Source: an uncultured delta proteobacterium (GTDB lineage Bacteria; Desulfobacterota; Zymogenia; Zymogenales; Zymogenaceae). Taken from it: DNA of 64,000 nt. Made by a program: the position numbers and the translations under genes. The notes beneath the pieces were generated by a model that searched no databases, was not told where the DNA came from, and saw only the letters and a list, made by a program, of their open reading frames with translations. Shown here one piece after another: positions 20,447-29,858 of the stretch; the first letter of the stretch is position 1; each line of letters begins with the position of its first letter. Location of the stretch: NCBI GenBank assembly GCA_963735595.1, contig CAVTLK010000001.1, positions 544,001 through 608,000 on the forward strand, read 5' to 3'.

Positions 20447-21565
20447 TCATTTGATCTTCTTCTGATACACGCAAAATTTCTTGACGAGTTTCATATTCAG
20501 ATTGACGAGAGACTGGTTCATCTTATGGTTGTCCTGGCGAATCCAGCTTGCTTCGAGACGGGCGTTCTTCTTGGACAGGGCATGAAAGATATGGTAATAG
20601 AGAAGCGTGTCCAGGGCCTTGTTCTGGAATTCCTTAACCAGTCCCAGTCCCCATAACCGATACTCCCTGAGCTTTTTCACGCCGTATTTGATCTTAAAGA
20701 TCCCGAAGGGAAAGAGCCTTCCGTTGAGCCTCTTGATAATGACGTTAACGTCGGGCAGTGCGATGGCATACCCGATGGGTTTTCCCTCGCGCTCCATGAT
20801 GAAGACGCACTCGGGGTCGACGATGTCCTTGAAGTCCTTGACGATCATATCGACCTCCGATACGTCGGCGGGGATAAAGTTCCACTCGTTCTGGTTGGCG
20901 TCGTTTGCCACGGTGAGTATCGCCGTGACTTCTTCCGGGATCTTCTTGAGGTCTATCCCGCGAACGCGAACGTTATACCGCTCCACCAGATAGTTATAGT
21001 GCCTGGAGAAACGCTCGGGAAACACGTAGTGCTCCAGGATGTCCCCGTAGTAACCGTTCATCTCCATGTTTGGGACAAAACCGGCGTCTTTGGCCAGATC
21101 GCCGTAATAGGGGAAATTATACGGAGAAAGCACCGTATGCGCCTGGTCAAAGCCGGCTATGAGAAACCCGACGCTTTGTGAAGTGAAGTTGAAGGGGCCC
21201 CGTATGTTCTTCATCTCCCTTTCTTGCAGCCAGTCGGCGGCCGCCCCAAAGAGCGCTCGGGAGACTTCCCGCTCGTTTACCGATTCAAAGGAGCCGAAAA
21301 ATCCAAGCGGTTCGTGCCAGTAGTCTATGTAGCCGTGATGGACGAAAGCGGCAATTCTGCCCTTGACGGCTCCCCGCCTGCGCGCCAGGAAAAACGCGGC
21401 ATCGCAGTTTTTAAAAAAGCCGTTTTTCTTTCGGTTGAATTCTTGCGCCGCGAACAGCCTGAGAGGAGGAACCCAGACGGGATGGTTCTTATAGAGATCG
21501 TAGGGAAACCTGATAAAATGCGCGAGGTCCCGGCGGCCGGTGGCCTCAATAACATCAACGCCCAC
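20447..21565 (-). CDS. GNAT-fold protein (YghO-like)
   Basis: FPYDLYK..P.WVPPL, GRIAAF, GFFGSFES, RGPFN, PYNFPYY, LNGRLFPFG, EASWI. Confidence 0.8.
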   Translation of the reverse strand: MGVDVIEATGRRDLAHFIRFPYDLYKNHPVWVPPLRLFAAQEFNRKKNGFFKNCDAAFFLARRRGAVKGRIAAFVHHGYIDYWHEPLGFFGSFESVNEREVSRALFGAAADWLQEREMKNIRGPFNFTSQSVGFLIAGFDQAHTVLSPYNFPYYGDLAKDAGFVPNMEMNGYYGDILEHYVFPERFSRHYNYLVERYNVRVRGIDLKKIPEEVTAILTVANDANQNEWNFIPADVSEVDMIVKDFKDIVDPECVFIMEREGKPIGYAIALPDVNVIIKRLNGRLFPFGIFKIKYGVKKLREYRLWGLGLVKEFQNKALDTLLYYHIFHALSKKNARLEASWIRQDNHKMNQSLVNLNMKLVKKFCVYQKKIK

Positions 21566-21732
21566 TGTCGAACACCTCTTTTCGACGACGATAGCGCATG
21601 TTTGTCACAAATTGTATATACCATTGACCGATAGCATAAATCAAGGTTTTTTATGGCATCGTGCCGTCCGAATATCCATCCGGCGGTATCCGCGGCCGGC
21701 CGTCGTGTATGCGGGATAGTAGACTATTTTTA

Positions 21733-21760
21733 TTGACTTTTGTCGGTTCGATGCTATCCT
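21733..21760 (+). promoter_or_regulatory. Sigma70-type promoter upstream of the Cys-repeat peptide gene
   Basis: TTGACT-16 nt-TATCCT with a TGn extended -10. Confidence 0.5.
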
Positions 21761-21918
21761 ATACGTACATATATTACCGCCCTACCGGGAAACACACACG
21801 GCCGATACCCGATAGAAACCCGTTCCCGCAGGGCCTGTCTTTCGTATCTCCTCTCACGGACATCCTGTCTCTCGGGCAATCTAGTTATCTGACGTTAAAC
21901 AGGTAATGAGGCTTACGA

Positions 21919-22116
21919 GTGGATAAAAAGAAAAAATACGAGCCTCCCCAGATAATCGATCTAAATGTCGATTATACCCAGGCGACCGGGGCATCGAAAT
22001 GCTGGAACGGGGCCACACAAGCAGTCCAGTGCAGGCCCGGAAGCGGCGCAAGTTTACAATGCAGGAACGGTCCAAGGGCGGGAAACCAGTGTCGAACGGG
22101 GAACAGCGCGCAATAG
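21919..22116 (+). CDS. Small Cys-repeat peptide, putative RiPP precursor (radical-SAM-target type)
   Basis: GTG start with GAGG RBS. Leader KKKYEPPQIIDL; Cys at 28/38/48/58, each in C-x-x-G. Confidence 0.75.
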   Translation: MDKKKKYEPPQIIDLNVDYTQATGASKCWNGATQAVQCRPGSGASLQCRNGPRAGNQCRTGNSAQ

Positions 22117-22451
22117 TGACAGTCGGTTTAACGAATAGTATCGCTAATCTATACCGTAACTGTGCATTTTATTTGCGTTATTATATCGACCACGGGCGAT
22201 CCAAGTTAGGGACGGAGATCAACCTGAGGACGAAAATATATGTATCGTAGTGTACATGAATACCGTCTATCATCAATGATAGTTCCGAAGCACTCTATAA
22301 CTCAAAACTGAAGATCTATTATCTTTTGAAATATAACAACGAAGGATTAGAACCACTTAATCTATTAATATCCTTGGGTTTTCCAAAACAAGCAAGCCCC
22401 TTTACGCTGAACTATCAATCTGACGTATCCTAACTTGGCCTTCCGAACCGG

Positions 22452-22772
22452 CTAATTATCGTCCGCTTCCTCCTCGCCTGACCCATCTTCATCGACCCCC
22501 ACCCCCTCGGGGATCGTCCCCATGGGCTCGCCCACGGTGCACAGGATCGTACCGTCCGCCGTAGTCCCGGTGACAATCACGCTGTGCCACGTGTTTGTTT
22601 TGAGATTACGTACCGGATAGGCCAGGCCGTTTTCGATTATAACCGTCGAATATCCCGCTACCGCGTCACCTTTTTCGTCGACCAGGAGGGCCTGTTCCGG
22701 TGCGGCAACCGCCCCCATCGCCGAGAACAAGAAAAGGCCCCCAACATAAATGAGGATTAATAAGGATTTCAT
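22452..22772 (-). CDS. Small exported hypothetical protein
   Basis: GGAGG RBS, signal-peptide-like N-terminus (..AMGAVA-APE), acidic tail. Confidence 0.65.
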   Translation of the reverse strand: MKSLLILIYVGGLFLFSAMGAVAAPEQALLVDEKGDAVAGYSTVIIENGLAYPVRNLKTNTWHSVIVTGTTADGTILCTVGEPMGTIPEGVGVDEDGSGEEEADDN

Positions 22773-22882
22773 CTGCCCCTCCCTCACAACCGCCCGATAC
22801 CGCCCGGCGGTCGGCTGAAATGTTCAATTGTCGGTCGCTCCTGCCGGTAATATCATCGAAACGGCAAGGCCTGTTCAGGTAT

Positions 22883-23845
22883 TCACGGCAACGTGATGTT
22901 GAAACCCATAAACTGGGCGGCAAGGAACAGTGCATAAATGGCAATCATCACCAGCGCCTCTAATCGCACGAGCTTTTTGCCCGTAGTTACAAACATCTGC
23001 ATGAGCACCCCCGCTACGACCAGCATGGGGAGGTCACGGTTCACGATCAACGGCTCGACCGGTAGCGGCAACGCCAGGCACAGGGCGCCCGCGACCACCA
23101 GGCCGGTGAAAATATTCGAGGCGTAGATCTCACCCAGGGTCACGTCTGCCTGGCGTCTGAGCACCGCGCCCATGGCGATGGCAAATTCGGGCAGAGAGGT
23201 GCCGAAGGCATAAAAGGTTACGCCGATGAGAAGGTCGCTCATTCCCAGCAGCTTCGCCAGCGCAGTCCCCTTTCCTACGACCAGGCTCGATCCCAGGACG
23301 ATCATGACCAACCCTGCTAAAAAGATAATGACATGGAGCCACGGTCGCGTTACGGTAACTGCGGGCGTTCTCCTCCTCTGACGGCGCGCGTCATCGAGGG
23401 TACCTTTGAAATAGGGATAGTACGCCATCAGGAGGATCAACCCGTCCGTGCGGCTGATCATACCGTCTAGCATGAGTACCAGAGGCAGGGCGGCCGAGAG
23501 TATCATCCAGCTCGATTCCCGTTCGCGCAGGCTCGGTCCGACGACGATCGGCCTCCAGAGGGCGCATATGCCGGCCACGAAGGTCAGCGTAACAAAATTG
23601 GATCCGTAGATATTCCCGACTGCTGCCGCCGGCTGTCCGCGCAGGGCGGCAAAAAGCGATACGGTAAACTCCGGCAGCGAGGTTATGACGGCCACCAGCA
23701 AGACCGTCACCACAAGTGACGAAACCCGGAGCCAGCTGGCCAGAATCGGTACGCGGCGCAGGACGGCATTGGTTCCTGTCCATATAAGGACAATACCCAA
23801 CGCAAAGAGTAAGATTGAAATCGCCACATCGCCTGTCATTATCAT
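22883..23845 (-). CDS. Ca2+/Na+ antiporter (YrbG/CaCA family)
   Basis: Two alpha repeats: TSLPEF...GNIYGSN and GTSLPEF...GEIYASN. Confidence 0.9.
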   Translation of the reverse strand: MIMTGDVAISILLFALGIVLIWTGTNAVLRRVPILASWLRVSSLVVTVLLVAVITSLPEFTVSLFAALRGQPAAAVGNIYGSNFVTLTFVAGICALWRPIVVGPSLRERESSWMILSAALPLVLMLDGMISRTDGLILLMAYYPYFKGTLDDARRQRRRTPAVTVTRPWLHVIIFLAGLVMIVLGSSLVVGKGTALAKLLGMSDLLIGVTFYAFGTSLPEFAIAMGAVLRRQADVTLGEIYASNIFTGLVVAGALCLALPLPVEPLIVNRDLPMLVVAGVLMQMFVTTGKKLVRLEALVMIAIYALFLAAQFMGFNITLP

Positions 23846-24007
23846 CTCCCTTCCTGAGATTCCGGCCGTCTCTCTTGAGTGCCCCGAGCTTTACTTTACG
23901 ATATAATACGGCAACATTGCGACGGCAACAAGGAGAAGGTTAGCACAAACCCGGTAATAGCTTCGGACTCCCGCCCACGTTACCTGATACCGCCTCCAGT
24001 GTGAATA

Positions 24008-24034
24008 GAAAAGACCGCGATCGTGATCGCGGCC
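24008..24034 (-). terminator. Terminator downstream of tRNA-Asn
   Basis: CCGCGATC/GATCGCGG inverted repeat followed on the minus strand by TCTTTTC. Confidence 0.65.
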
Positions 24035-24046
24035 TATTATCATTGC

Positions 24047-24122
24047 TGGCTCCCCGGGCAGGACTCGAACCTGCGACATGATGGTTAACAGCCATCCGCT
24101 CTACCAACTGAGCTACCGAGGA
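24047..24122 (-). tRNA. tRNA-Asn(GTT)
   Basis: TCCTCGGTAGCTCAGTTGGTAGAGCGGATGGCT-GTT-AACCATC...GTTCGAGTCC...GGGGAGCCA; 76 nt. Confidence 0.97.
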
Positions 24123-24290
24123 ATATGTAATTTTGCTATGATACCAAACAATTCAATAATTTCAAGAAAAAAACGCGGCGCATCTAAAATATGTCGCCAC
24201 GCTCCGCAGAGATTTGCCCTACTCTGCCTGTCTATGATCGACCGCCGCACCGCCCGTTACCGACCTCGTTCGTCCGGTCGGTATGCTCTC

Positions 24291-24884
24291 TCATCCGCCG
24301 GCGCCTTTCTTAAGCTCAATGAGGACCAGCTTCGCCACCGCCTTGAGGGTCTCGAAGACCCCGGTGCCTTCAGTGGCGACCGAGTCAAAATCCGGGAGTC
24401 CATTGGGGTTGAGGAGCTTCTTCATCTCGGCGACCGGCGCGGCGTTGGGAAGGTCACGCTTGTTGTACTGGACGACATAGGGAACCGCGTCCAGACTGTA
24501 GCCCTGCTCGATAAGATTGGCCTTCAGGTTCTCGATGCTCTCGATGTTCGCTTCCATCCGCTCAATCTGGGAGTCGGCCACGAAGACGACCCCGTCGACC
24601 CCTTTGAGGATCAATTTACGGCTGGCGTCATAGAAGACCTGCCCCGGTACGGTATAGAGGTGGAAGCGGGTTTTGAACCCTCTGATTTCCCCGAGAGAGA
24701 GCGGGAGAAAGTCAAAGAAGAGGGTCCTCTCCGTCTCGGTCGCCAGAGAGATCATCTTGCCTTTGGCGTCGGGATTGGTTTTCTTATATATCCACTGAAG
24801 ATTTGTGGTTTTTCCGCAGAGACCGGGACCATAATATACGATCTTACAGTTTATTTCTCTGGCGGGGTAGTTAATAAAAGACAT
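24291..24884 (-). CDS. mglA: MglA small GTPase
   Basis: [55 protein letters not shown]. Confidence 0.97.
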   Translation of the reverse strand: MSFINYPAREINCKIVYYGPGLCGKTTNLQWIYKKTNPDAKGKMISLATETERTLFFDFLPLSLGEIRGFKTRFHLYTVPGQVFYDASRKLILKGVDGVVFVADSQIERMEANIESIENLKANLIEQGYSLDAVPYVVQYNKRDLPNAAPVAEMKKLLNPNGLPDFDSVATEGTGVFETLKAVAKLVLIELKKGAGG

Positions 24885-24900
24885 CGAATGACGCTCTCCT

Positions 24901-25389
24901 CTATTCGCTAAAGAGCCTGTCTATATCTTCGTCGGTTATCTCTGCGAACGGCGATGCGCCTTCGCTGGTCTTTGACTCAACCTTTTTCATAAGGTTATCG
25001 AAAATGACAGTCAGATCCTCGCCGGCCTTTTTAGCCCGTAATCTCACCAGCCCGAGTGATGAGCGCTCATCGAAGATAACCACCATGATGACACGACGGC
25101 CTACGATCGAGATATAGATGTTGTCCCGATATCCCTCGTGAAATATGATAGTGAATTCCTTCTCGCCGAGCAGTTTGGCGATACTTCCCGTAGCCGCAAT
25201 GTTACCCGCCGTCAGCGACGCCAGCGATGTGGTATCAAGGTTTTCGGTTTCACCGGTGCTGGCGATCAACTGCCCGTTTCTGTCGACCAGAAAGATGACC
25301 TTGGAGTTTGTTTCGGAGTAGAGCTTTGTGATGACGTCGTTTATTTTCTTAAACTCTTCGTCGTAGAGGATAAGCTGCGTAAAGCTCAT
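24901..25389 (-). CDS. mglB: MglB roadblock/LC7 GTPase-activating protein
   Basis: [40 protein letters not shown]. Confidence 0.96.
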   Translation of the reverse strand: MSFTQLILYDEEFKKINDVITKLYSETNSKVIFLVDRNGQLIASTGETENLDTTSLASLTAGNIAATGSIAKLLGEKEFTIIFHEGYRDNIYISIVGRRVIMVVIFDERSSLGLVRLRAKKAGEDLTVIFDNLMKKVESKTSEGASPFAEITDEDIDRLFSE

Positions 25390-25470
25390 CTACTGTCTCC
25401 CAATGTAACCCGCGTTCCCACTTCTTCTATTTATACCAAACGAAAATTAAAATAGCAACACTTTTTTCGA

Positions 25471-26190
25471 TTACCTGCAGCTGAAGCAGAGTTCATAGAA
25501 ATCCTCCGGCAGATCGGCGATCTTTCTGATGTAATCGAGCTGCCGCTTGGGTGCGATATACATCCCGCATTTCTTACAGGTGGCAAGCTCCAGCTTGACC
25601 TTCCAGTTATGGATATGTCTGGCGCCGTCCTTATCCTCCATCGTGATATACCCGGTAGGACAGATATAGACACACGATCCGCATCCGATGCAGGTCTCGG
25701 AGGCCTCGGCAAATGGCGTCGTAGGCATCCGAGACGTTCCCCGGGAGAAATATCCCAGGGCGCTTACGCCAACCACCTCGTCGCAGGCGCGCACGCACAT
25801 GCCGCAGAGGATGCAATCGTCGTTGACCGGGGTGAGCCGCCCCCCCGTAACCCCGAGACGAGCCGCAAGCTCGACGATCGCCTTGTTGCCGGGCGCTCGG
25901 GCAAGCAGCAGCTCCATGACGATGTTCCTGGTCTTCAGCACCCGCTCGGTATCCGTCTTGACCGTCAGGCCCTCCTCGGCGGGGTAGTTACAGGAGGTAA
26001 CGACCCGCGTGCGGCCCCCTTTTTCGATCTGGACCAGGCACATCCTGCATACGCCGTACGGGATCAGCGCCTCGTTGTGACACAGGGTGGGAATATAGAC
26101 GTTCATACCGCGGGCTATTGTCAGGAGGGGCGTCCCTTTCTGAGCCTTTACCTCGGCACCGTTGAGCGTAATGGTAACCATCTCGTCCAT
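25471..26190 (-). CDS. NuoG/HydA N-terminal-like Fe-S subunit without catalytic domain
   Basis: IPTLCH...GVCRMC...TSC [2Fe-2S], CILCGMCVRAC and CIGCGSCVYICP [4Fe-4S], C-terminal CKKC...CFSC. No H-cluster or molybdopterin domain. Confidence 0.88.
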   Translation of the reverse strand: MDEMVTITLNGAEVKAQKGTPLLTIARGMNVYIPTLCHNEALIPYGVCRMCLVQIEKGGRTRVVTSCNYPAEEGLTVKTDTERVLKTRNIVMELLLARAPGNKAIVELAARLGVTGGRLTPVNDDCILCGMCVRACDEVVGVSALGYFSRGTSRMPTTPFAEASETCIGCGSCVYICPTGYITMEDKDGARHIHNWKVKLELATCKKCGMYIAPKRQLDYIRKIADLPEDFYELCFSCR

Positions 26191-26198
26191 AGTAACCT

Positions 26199-27992
26199 CT
26201 ACCGTATTTTCACCGCGTCAACCGGGCAGACCTCGTGGCAGGCCCGGCAGCGGATGCAGATCGATTCATCGATAACATGGGGAACCTTCTTTGCCCCCTG
26301 GATGCAATTGACCGGGCAGACCTTCTTGCACTTGCCGCAGGCGATACAGGTCTCGGCGTCGATCGAAAGAGTGATGAGCTTCGTGCAGACCCGGGCCGCA
26401 CATTTCTTGTCCCGAATGTGGGCGTCATACTCACCGCGAAAGTATCTGATCGTGCTCATAACCGGGTTCGGGGCGCTGCCCCCCAACGCGCACAGAGAGC
26501 CCCAGACCATGCCCTCGCCAATCTCCTCAAGAAGCTCAACGTCCCCCTCTCTCCCCTCCCCCTCGGTAATACGCGTGAGAATATCCAGATAATGCCTGAG
26601 ACCTTCCCGACACGGCGTGCACTTGCCGCATGACTCGTCGACGAGGAAGTTGATGAAGTAGCGGGCGACGTCCACCATGCAGGTGTCCTCGTCCATGACG
26701 ATCATGCCGCCGGACCCCATCATGGAGCCCAGCCTGGTCAGTTCGTCAAAATCTACCGGCGTATCCAGGTGTTCGGCGGGGATGCATCCTCCGGACGGGC
26801 CACCGGTCTGCACCGCTTTGAATTTCCTATCTCCCTTGATACCGCCGCCAATATCGTAGATAATCTTGCGCAGCGTTATTCCCATCGGCACTTCCACCAA
26901 TCCGACGTTATTGACGCCCCCAACGAGCGAGAATACCTTCGTGCCTGTGCTCCCCTTTGTGCCGATGGAAGAAAACCACTGCGAGCCGTGATTGATGATT
27001 AATGGAATATTCGCCCACGTTTCCACGTTATTGAGGTTCGTGGGCATGTCCCAGAGCCCCTTCTCGGACGTATGGATGTACTTGGCCCTCGGCTCGCCGG
27101 CCTTGCCCATGATCGACTGCATGAGCGCCGAAGACTCTCCGCATATGAAGGCGCCGCCGCCGCGGTTTATCTCGATATCGAACGAAAAACCGGACCCGAA
27201 GATATTGTCGCCCAGAAGCCCGTACGCCCGCGCGTCGGCTATCGCCTTGGTGAGGTTCTTGACCGCCAGCGGGTACTCCATGCGAACGTAAATATACCCC
27301 TTGGATGAGCCGATGGCGTATGCCCCGATAATCATCCCTTCTATGACGCTGTGGGGGTCGCCCTCCATTACCGAGCGATCCATAAAGGCGCCCGGATCGC
27401 CCTCATCGCCGTTGCAGATGACGTAGCGAACCGCGCCCGGCGCGTTTTTTGTGGTGCGCCATTTGCGGGCGGTAGCAAATCCACCTCCACCCCTTCCCCG
27501 CAATCCCGACTTTTCGACTTCGTCGATGATCTGGTCCGGCGTCATTTCGGTAAGGGCCTTGACCAGGGCGCTGTACCCGTCACGACCTATATATTCGTCT
27601 ATTTTCTCGGGATCGATAAGGCCTCGGTTTCGGAGCACCCTTAGCTCCTGCTGGGCAAAGAAGGGGATTTGCTGCATGGTGGGGATCACGGCCTTGGTCA
27701 CCGGGTGCATATAGAGAAGCCGTTTTACGACCCTCCCCTTGATGAAGTGATCCGAGACCAATTCCGGGATGTCCTTGGGCTTTATCGCCACGTAGATCAC
27801 GTCATCCGGTTGCACGACCAGGATCGGCCCAAGGGCGCAAAACCCGTTACACCCGGTAACGACGACCTTCATTTCGTCGGCCAGGCCTTTCTTTTCGAGC
27901 TCGGCCTCCAGGACATCCTTGATGGTCATCGCCGCTGAGGCGCGGCATCCCGTCCCACCGCACAACAGTAAATGGGATCTAACCGCCTTCAT
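26199..27992 (-). CDS. NuoF/HydB-like NADH/FMN-binding subunit
   Basis: N-terminal thioredoxin-like [2Fe-2S] (CGGTGC...GCNGFC), SGLRGRGGGGF, CNGDEGDPGAFMDR, ESCGKCTPCREG, C-terminal 2x[4Fe-4S]. Confidence 0.93.
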   Translation of the reverse strand: MKAVRSHLLLCGGTGCRASAAMTIKDVLEAELEKKGLADEMKVVVTGCNGFCALGPILVVQPDDVIYVAIKPKDIPELVSDHFIKGRVVKRLLYMHPVTKAVIPTMQQIPFFAQQELRVLRNRGLIDPEKIDEYIGRDGYSALVKALTEMTPDQIIDEVEKSGLRGRGGGGFATARKWRTTKNAPGAVRYVICNGDEGDPGAFMDRSVMEGDPHSVIEGMIIGAYAIGSSKGYIYVRMEYPLAVKNLTKAIADARAYGLLGDNIFGSGFSFDIEINRGGGAFICGESSALMQSIMGKAGEPRAKYIHTSEKGLWDMPTNLNNVETWANIPLIINHGSQWFSSIGTKGSTGTKVFSLVGGVNNVGLVEVPMGITLRKIIYDIGGGIKGDRKFKAVQTGGPSGGCIPAEHLDTPVDFDELTRLGSMMGSGGMIVMDEDTCMVDVARYFINFLVDESCGKCTPCREGLRHYLDILTRITEGEGREGDVELLEEIGEGMVWGSLCALGGSAPNPVMSTIRYFRGEYDAHIRDKKCAARVCTKLITLSIDAETCIACGKCKKVCPVNCIQGAKKVPHVIDESICIRCRACHEVCPVDAVKIR

Positions 27993-28076
27993 AGAGAACC
28001 TTCCTCTTTACTGTGAATACCGTTACAGCAACCGTTAATGCTATTGCGGATAATTTCTTGGGCTGCTTCGGTTCTA

Positions 28077-28437
28077 TTATCCTTCACAGGATTCTTCCTG
28101 CCCGGCGCCGACGATGTGTTCCTTGAAGATGTGCCTCATCTTGTCCGGATCCATATTCTCGTATTTAATCGGCGTCTGCCCCGGCTTATGGATTATCACC
28201 AACGGCTCCCTGTCGCACAGGCCGATGCAGTCATCCACCGCCACGACGACATCCGTCGCCTTGTGCCGGGCCATATCGATCAGAAGCGATGTCCAAGACG
28301 TCCCGCGCCCCGGAGGCGATACCGCAGGTCCCCATATGAATAGTCACCTTAGTGCGTTCAATGCCGTGTCTGATAGCGTTTTCGTTTTGAATCTTCGTTC
28401 GAATTTTCCGTAAGTCGTCCGCGGATAGTGGGGACAT
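28077..28437 (-). CDS. Thioredoxin-like [2Fe-2S] ferredoxin (HndB/HydD-like), one frameshift at about 28292
   Basis: ORFs 28231-28437 (HMGTCGIASGA) and 28077-28274 (CIGLCDREP) join as ...RDVLTSLLIDMARHK... if one G is removed from TTGGAC. Confidence 0.8.
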
Positions 28438-28457
28438 TTTTCCCTCTGAGAAATAGG

Positions 28458-28916
28458 TTATTTGTAGTGGCCGAGAATCTCGGCGATCTTGGACGGTTTA
28501 ACCATGCCGTGGACTTCTTCATCCACCATAACTACCGGCGCCAGGCCGCACGCCCCGACGCAATTAACCGTTTCAAGGGTGAAACTGCCGTCCCTGGTCG
28601 TATCGCCCGTTTTAACCCCGAGCTCTCCTTCGAACCCCTCGGCGATCCTCTTTCCCCCCGAGATATGGCAGGCCGTGCCGAGGCAAACCCTGATCTCGTG
28701 CTTTCCCCGGGGTACGAGCGAAAAGGCCTTGTAGAACGTTACGATATGATAAATCTGGGCCTCCGGGATAGCCAGCACATCGCCAAGCCGGCGGACCGCC
28801 TCGCGCGGTATGTAGCGGAACCTGGTCTGGATATCCTGAAGCATGAGGATGATGCTGGACGGCTTTGCGCCGTAACTCTTAATGACCTCGTCTACCTGTG
28901 CGACATCATAATCCAT
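28458..28916 (-). CDS. NuoE/HydC-like [2Fe-2S] subunit
   Basis: VTFYKAFSLVPRGKH, VCLGTACH, VNCVGACGLAP. Confidence 0.93.
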   Translation of the reverse strand: MDYDVAQVDEVIKSYGAKPSSIILMLQDIQTRFRYIPREAVRRLGDVLAIPEAQIYHIVTFYKAFSLVPRGKHEIRVCLGTACHISGGKRIAEGFEGELGVKTGDTTRDGSFTLETVNCVGACGLAPVVMVDEEVHGMVKPSKIAEILGHYK

Positions 28917-28919
28917 GGC

Positions 28920-29858
28920 TTACCCGTTAGTGATTTTTGCGAGCATAATGATTTTCTCGTATTCCTCGGTCACCCGTTTCTGAATAACGTCGATATCGGT
29001 ATCCGTGAGGTGTCGAAACCTCCCCTGTCCCGATAGATAGTCTTTGATCGGCCGGAGTTTCGGGATATCCATCGTCAGCCGGTATTTTCCCTCCTGAACT
29101 TCGAAGAGGGGGAACGCCCCGGTCTCCACGGCAAGCCTCCCGTACTTAATGGCCAGGTGCGACGGAATCCGCCAGCCGGTGGGGCAGACCGATAAAACGT
29201 GCAGGTAGGCCGGCCCGCCGGACTCAACCGCTCTTACCACTTTGGCCTGCAGGTCAAACGGGTAGCTCGAACAGGCGGTCGCGACGTACGGTATATTGTG
29301 CGCGACCGCGATGGCCGCCATATTCTTCTTCCACGTGTGTTGCCCGATTGATCCCTTGCCGGCAGGCGACGTCGTCGTAGACGCGCCATACGGCGTTGAG
29401 CTCGACCGCTGGATACCGGTGTTCATATAGGCCTCGTTGTCAAAGCAGACATAGACGAAGTCCTCGTGCATCCTTTCCAGCGCGCCGGAAAGCGCCTGGA
29501 AGCCGATGTCCGTGGTGGCGCCGTCGCCGCCCATCCCGACAGAGACGATACGCTTCGTGGGGATCTTACCCTTCCGCATCAGCGCCTTGAGTCCCGAGGC
29601 GACGCCCGAGGCTACCGCCCCGGCGTTCTCGAACGCCACGTGAATCCAGGGGACGTTCCAGGCCGTCAGCGGCAGGGGAGAAGAGACGATCTCCATGCAT
29701 CCGGTGGCGTTGGAGATAACGATATCACGGCCGAAGGCCTTAAGGACGTGCCGGACGGCCAGCGCCTCCGCACATCCCTGGCAGGCCCGGTGTCCCGAGG
29801 TGAAGTTTTCCGCGCGATTGGTCAGATTGGGGACATATACTGCGTATTTATCGATCAT
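28920..29858 (-). CDS. porB: Pyruvate/2-oxoacid:ferredoxin oxidoreductase beta subunit
   Basis: GHRACQGC, NATGCME, GGDGAT.DIG, DNEAYMNTGIQRSSSTP, CPTGW. Confidence 0.93.
   Translation of the reverse strand: MIDKYAVYVPNLTNRAENFTSGHRACQGCAEALAVRHVLKAFGRDIVISNATGCMEIVSSPLPLTAWNVPWIHVAFENAGAVASGVASGLKALMRKGKIPTKRIVSVGMGGDGATTDIGFQALSGALERMHEDFVYVCFDNEAYMNTGIQRSSSTPYGASTTTSPAGKGSIGQHTWKKNMAAIAVAHNIPYVATACSSYPFDLQAKVVRAVESGGPAYLHVLSVCPTGWRIPSHLAIKYGRLAVETGAFPLFEVQEGKYRLTMDIPKLRPIKDYLSGQGRFRHLTDTDIDVIQKRVTEEYEKIIMLAKITNG

Noticed and set aside
21761..21918. Possible riboswitch in the long leader of the peptide gene (also checked upstream of the GGDEF, acsE-like and purM genes)
   Set aside because: No recognisable c-di-GMP, cobalamin, purine or ZTP consensus by eye; an Rfam/Infernal scan would be needed to exclude one.
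21919..22116. Lasso peptide interpretation of the Cys-repeat peptide
   Set aside because: A YxxP leader and a Thr at a possible -2 position are present, but there is no Asp/Glu at core positions 7-9 for the macrolactam and no lasso cyclase or peptidase nearby.
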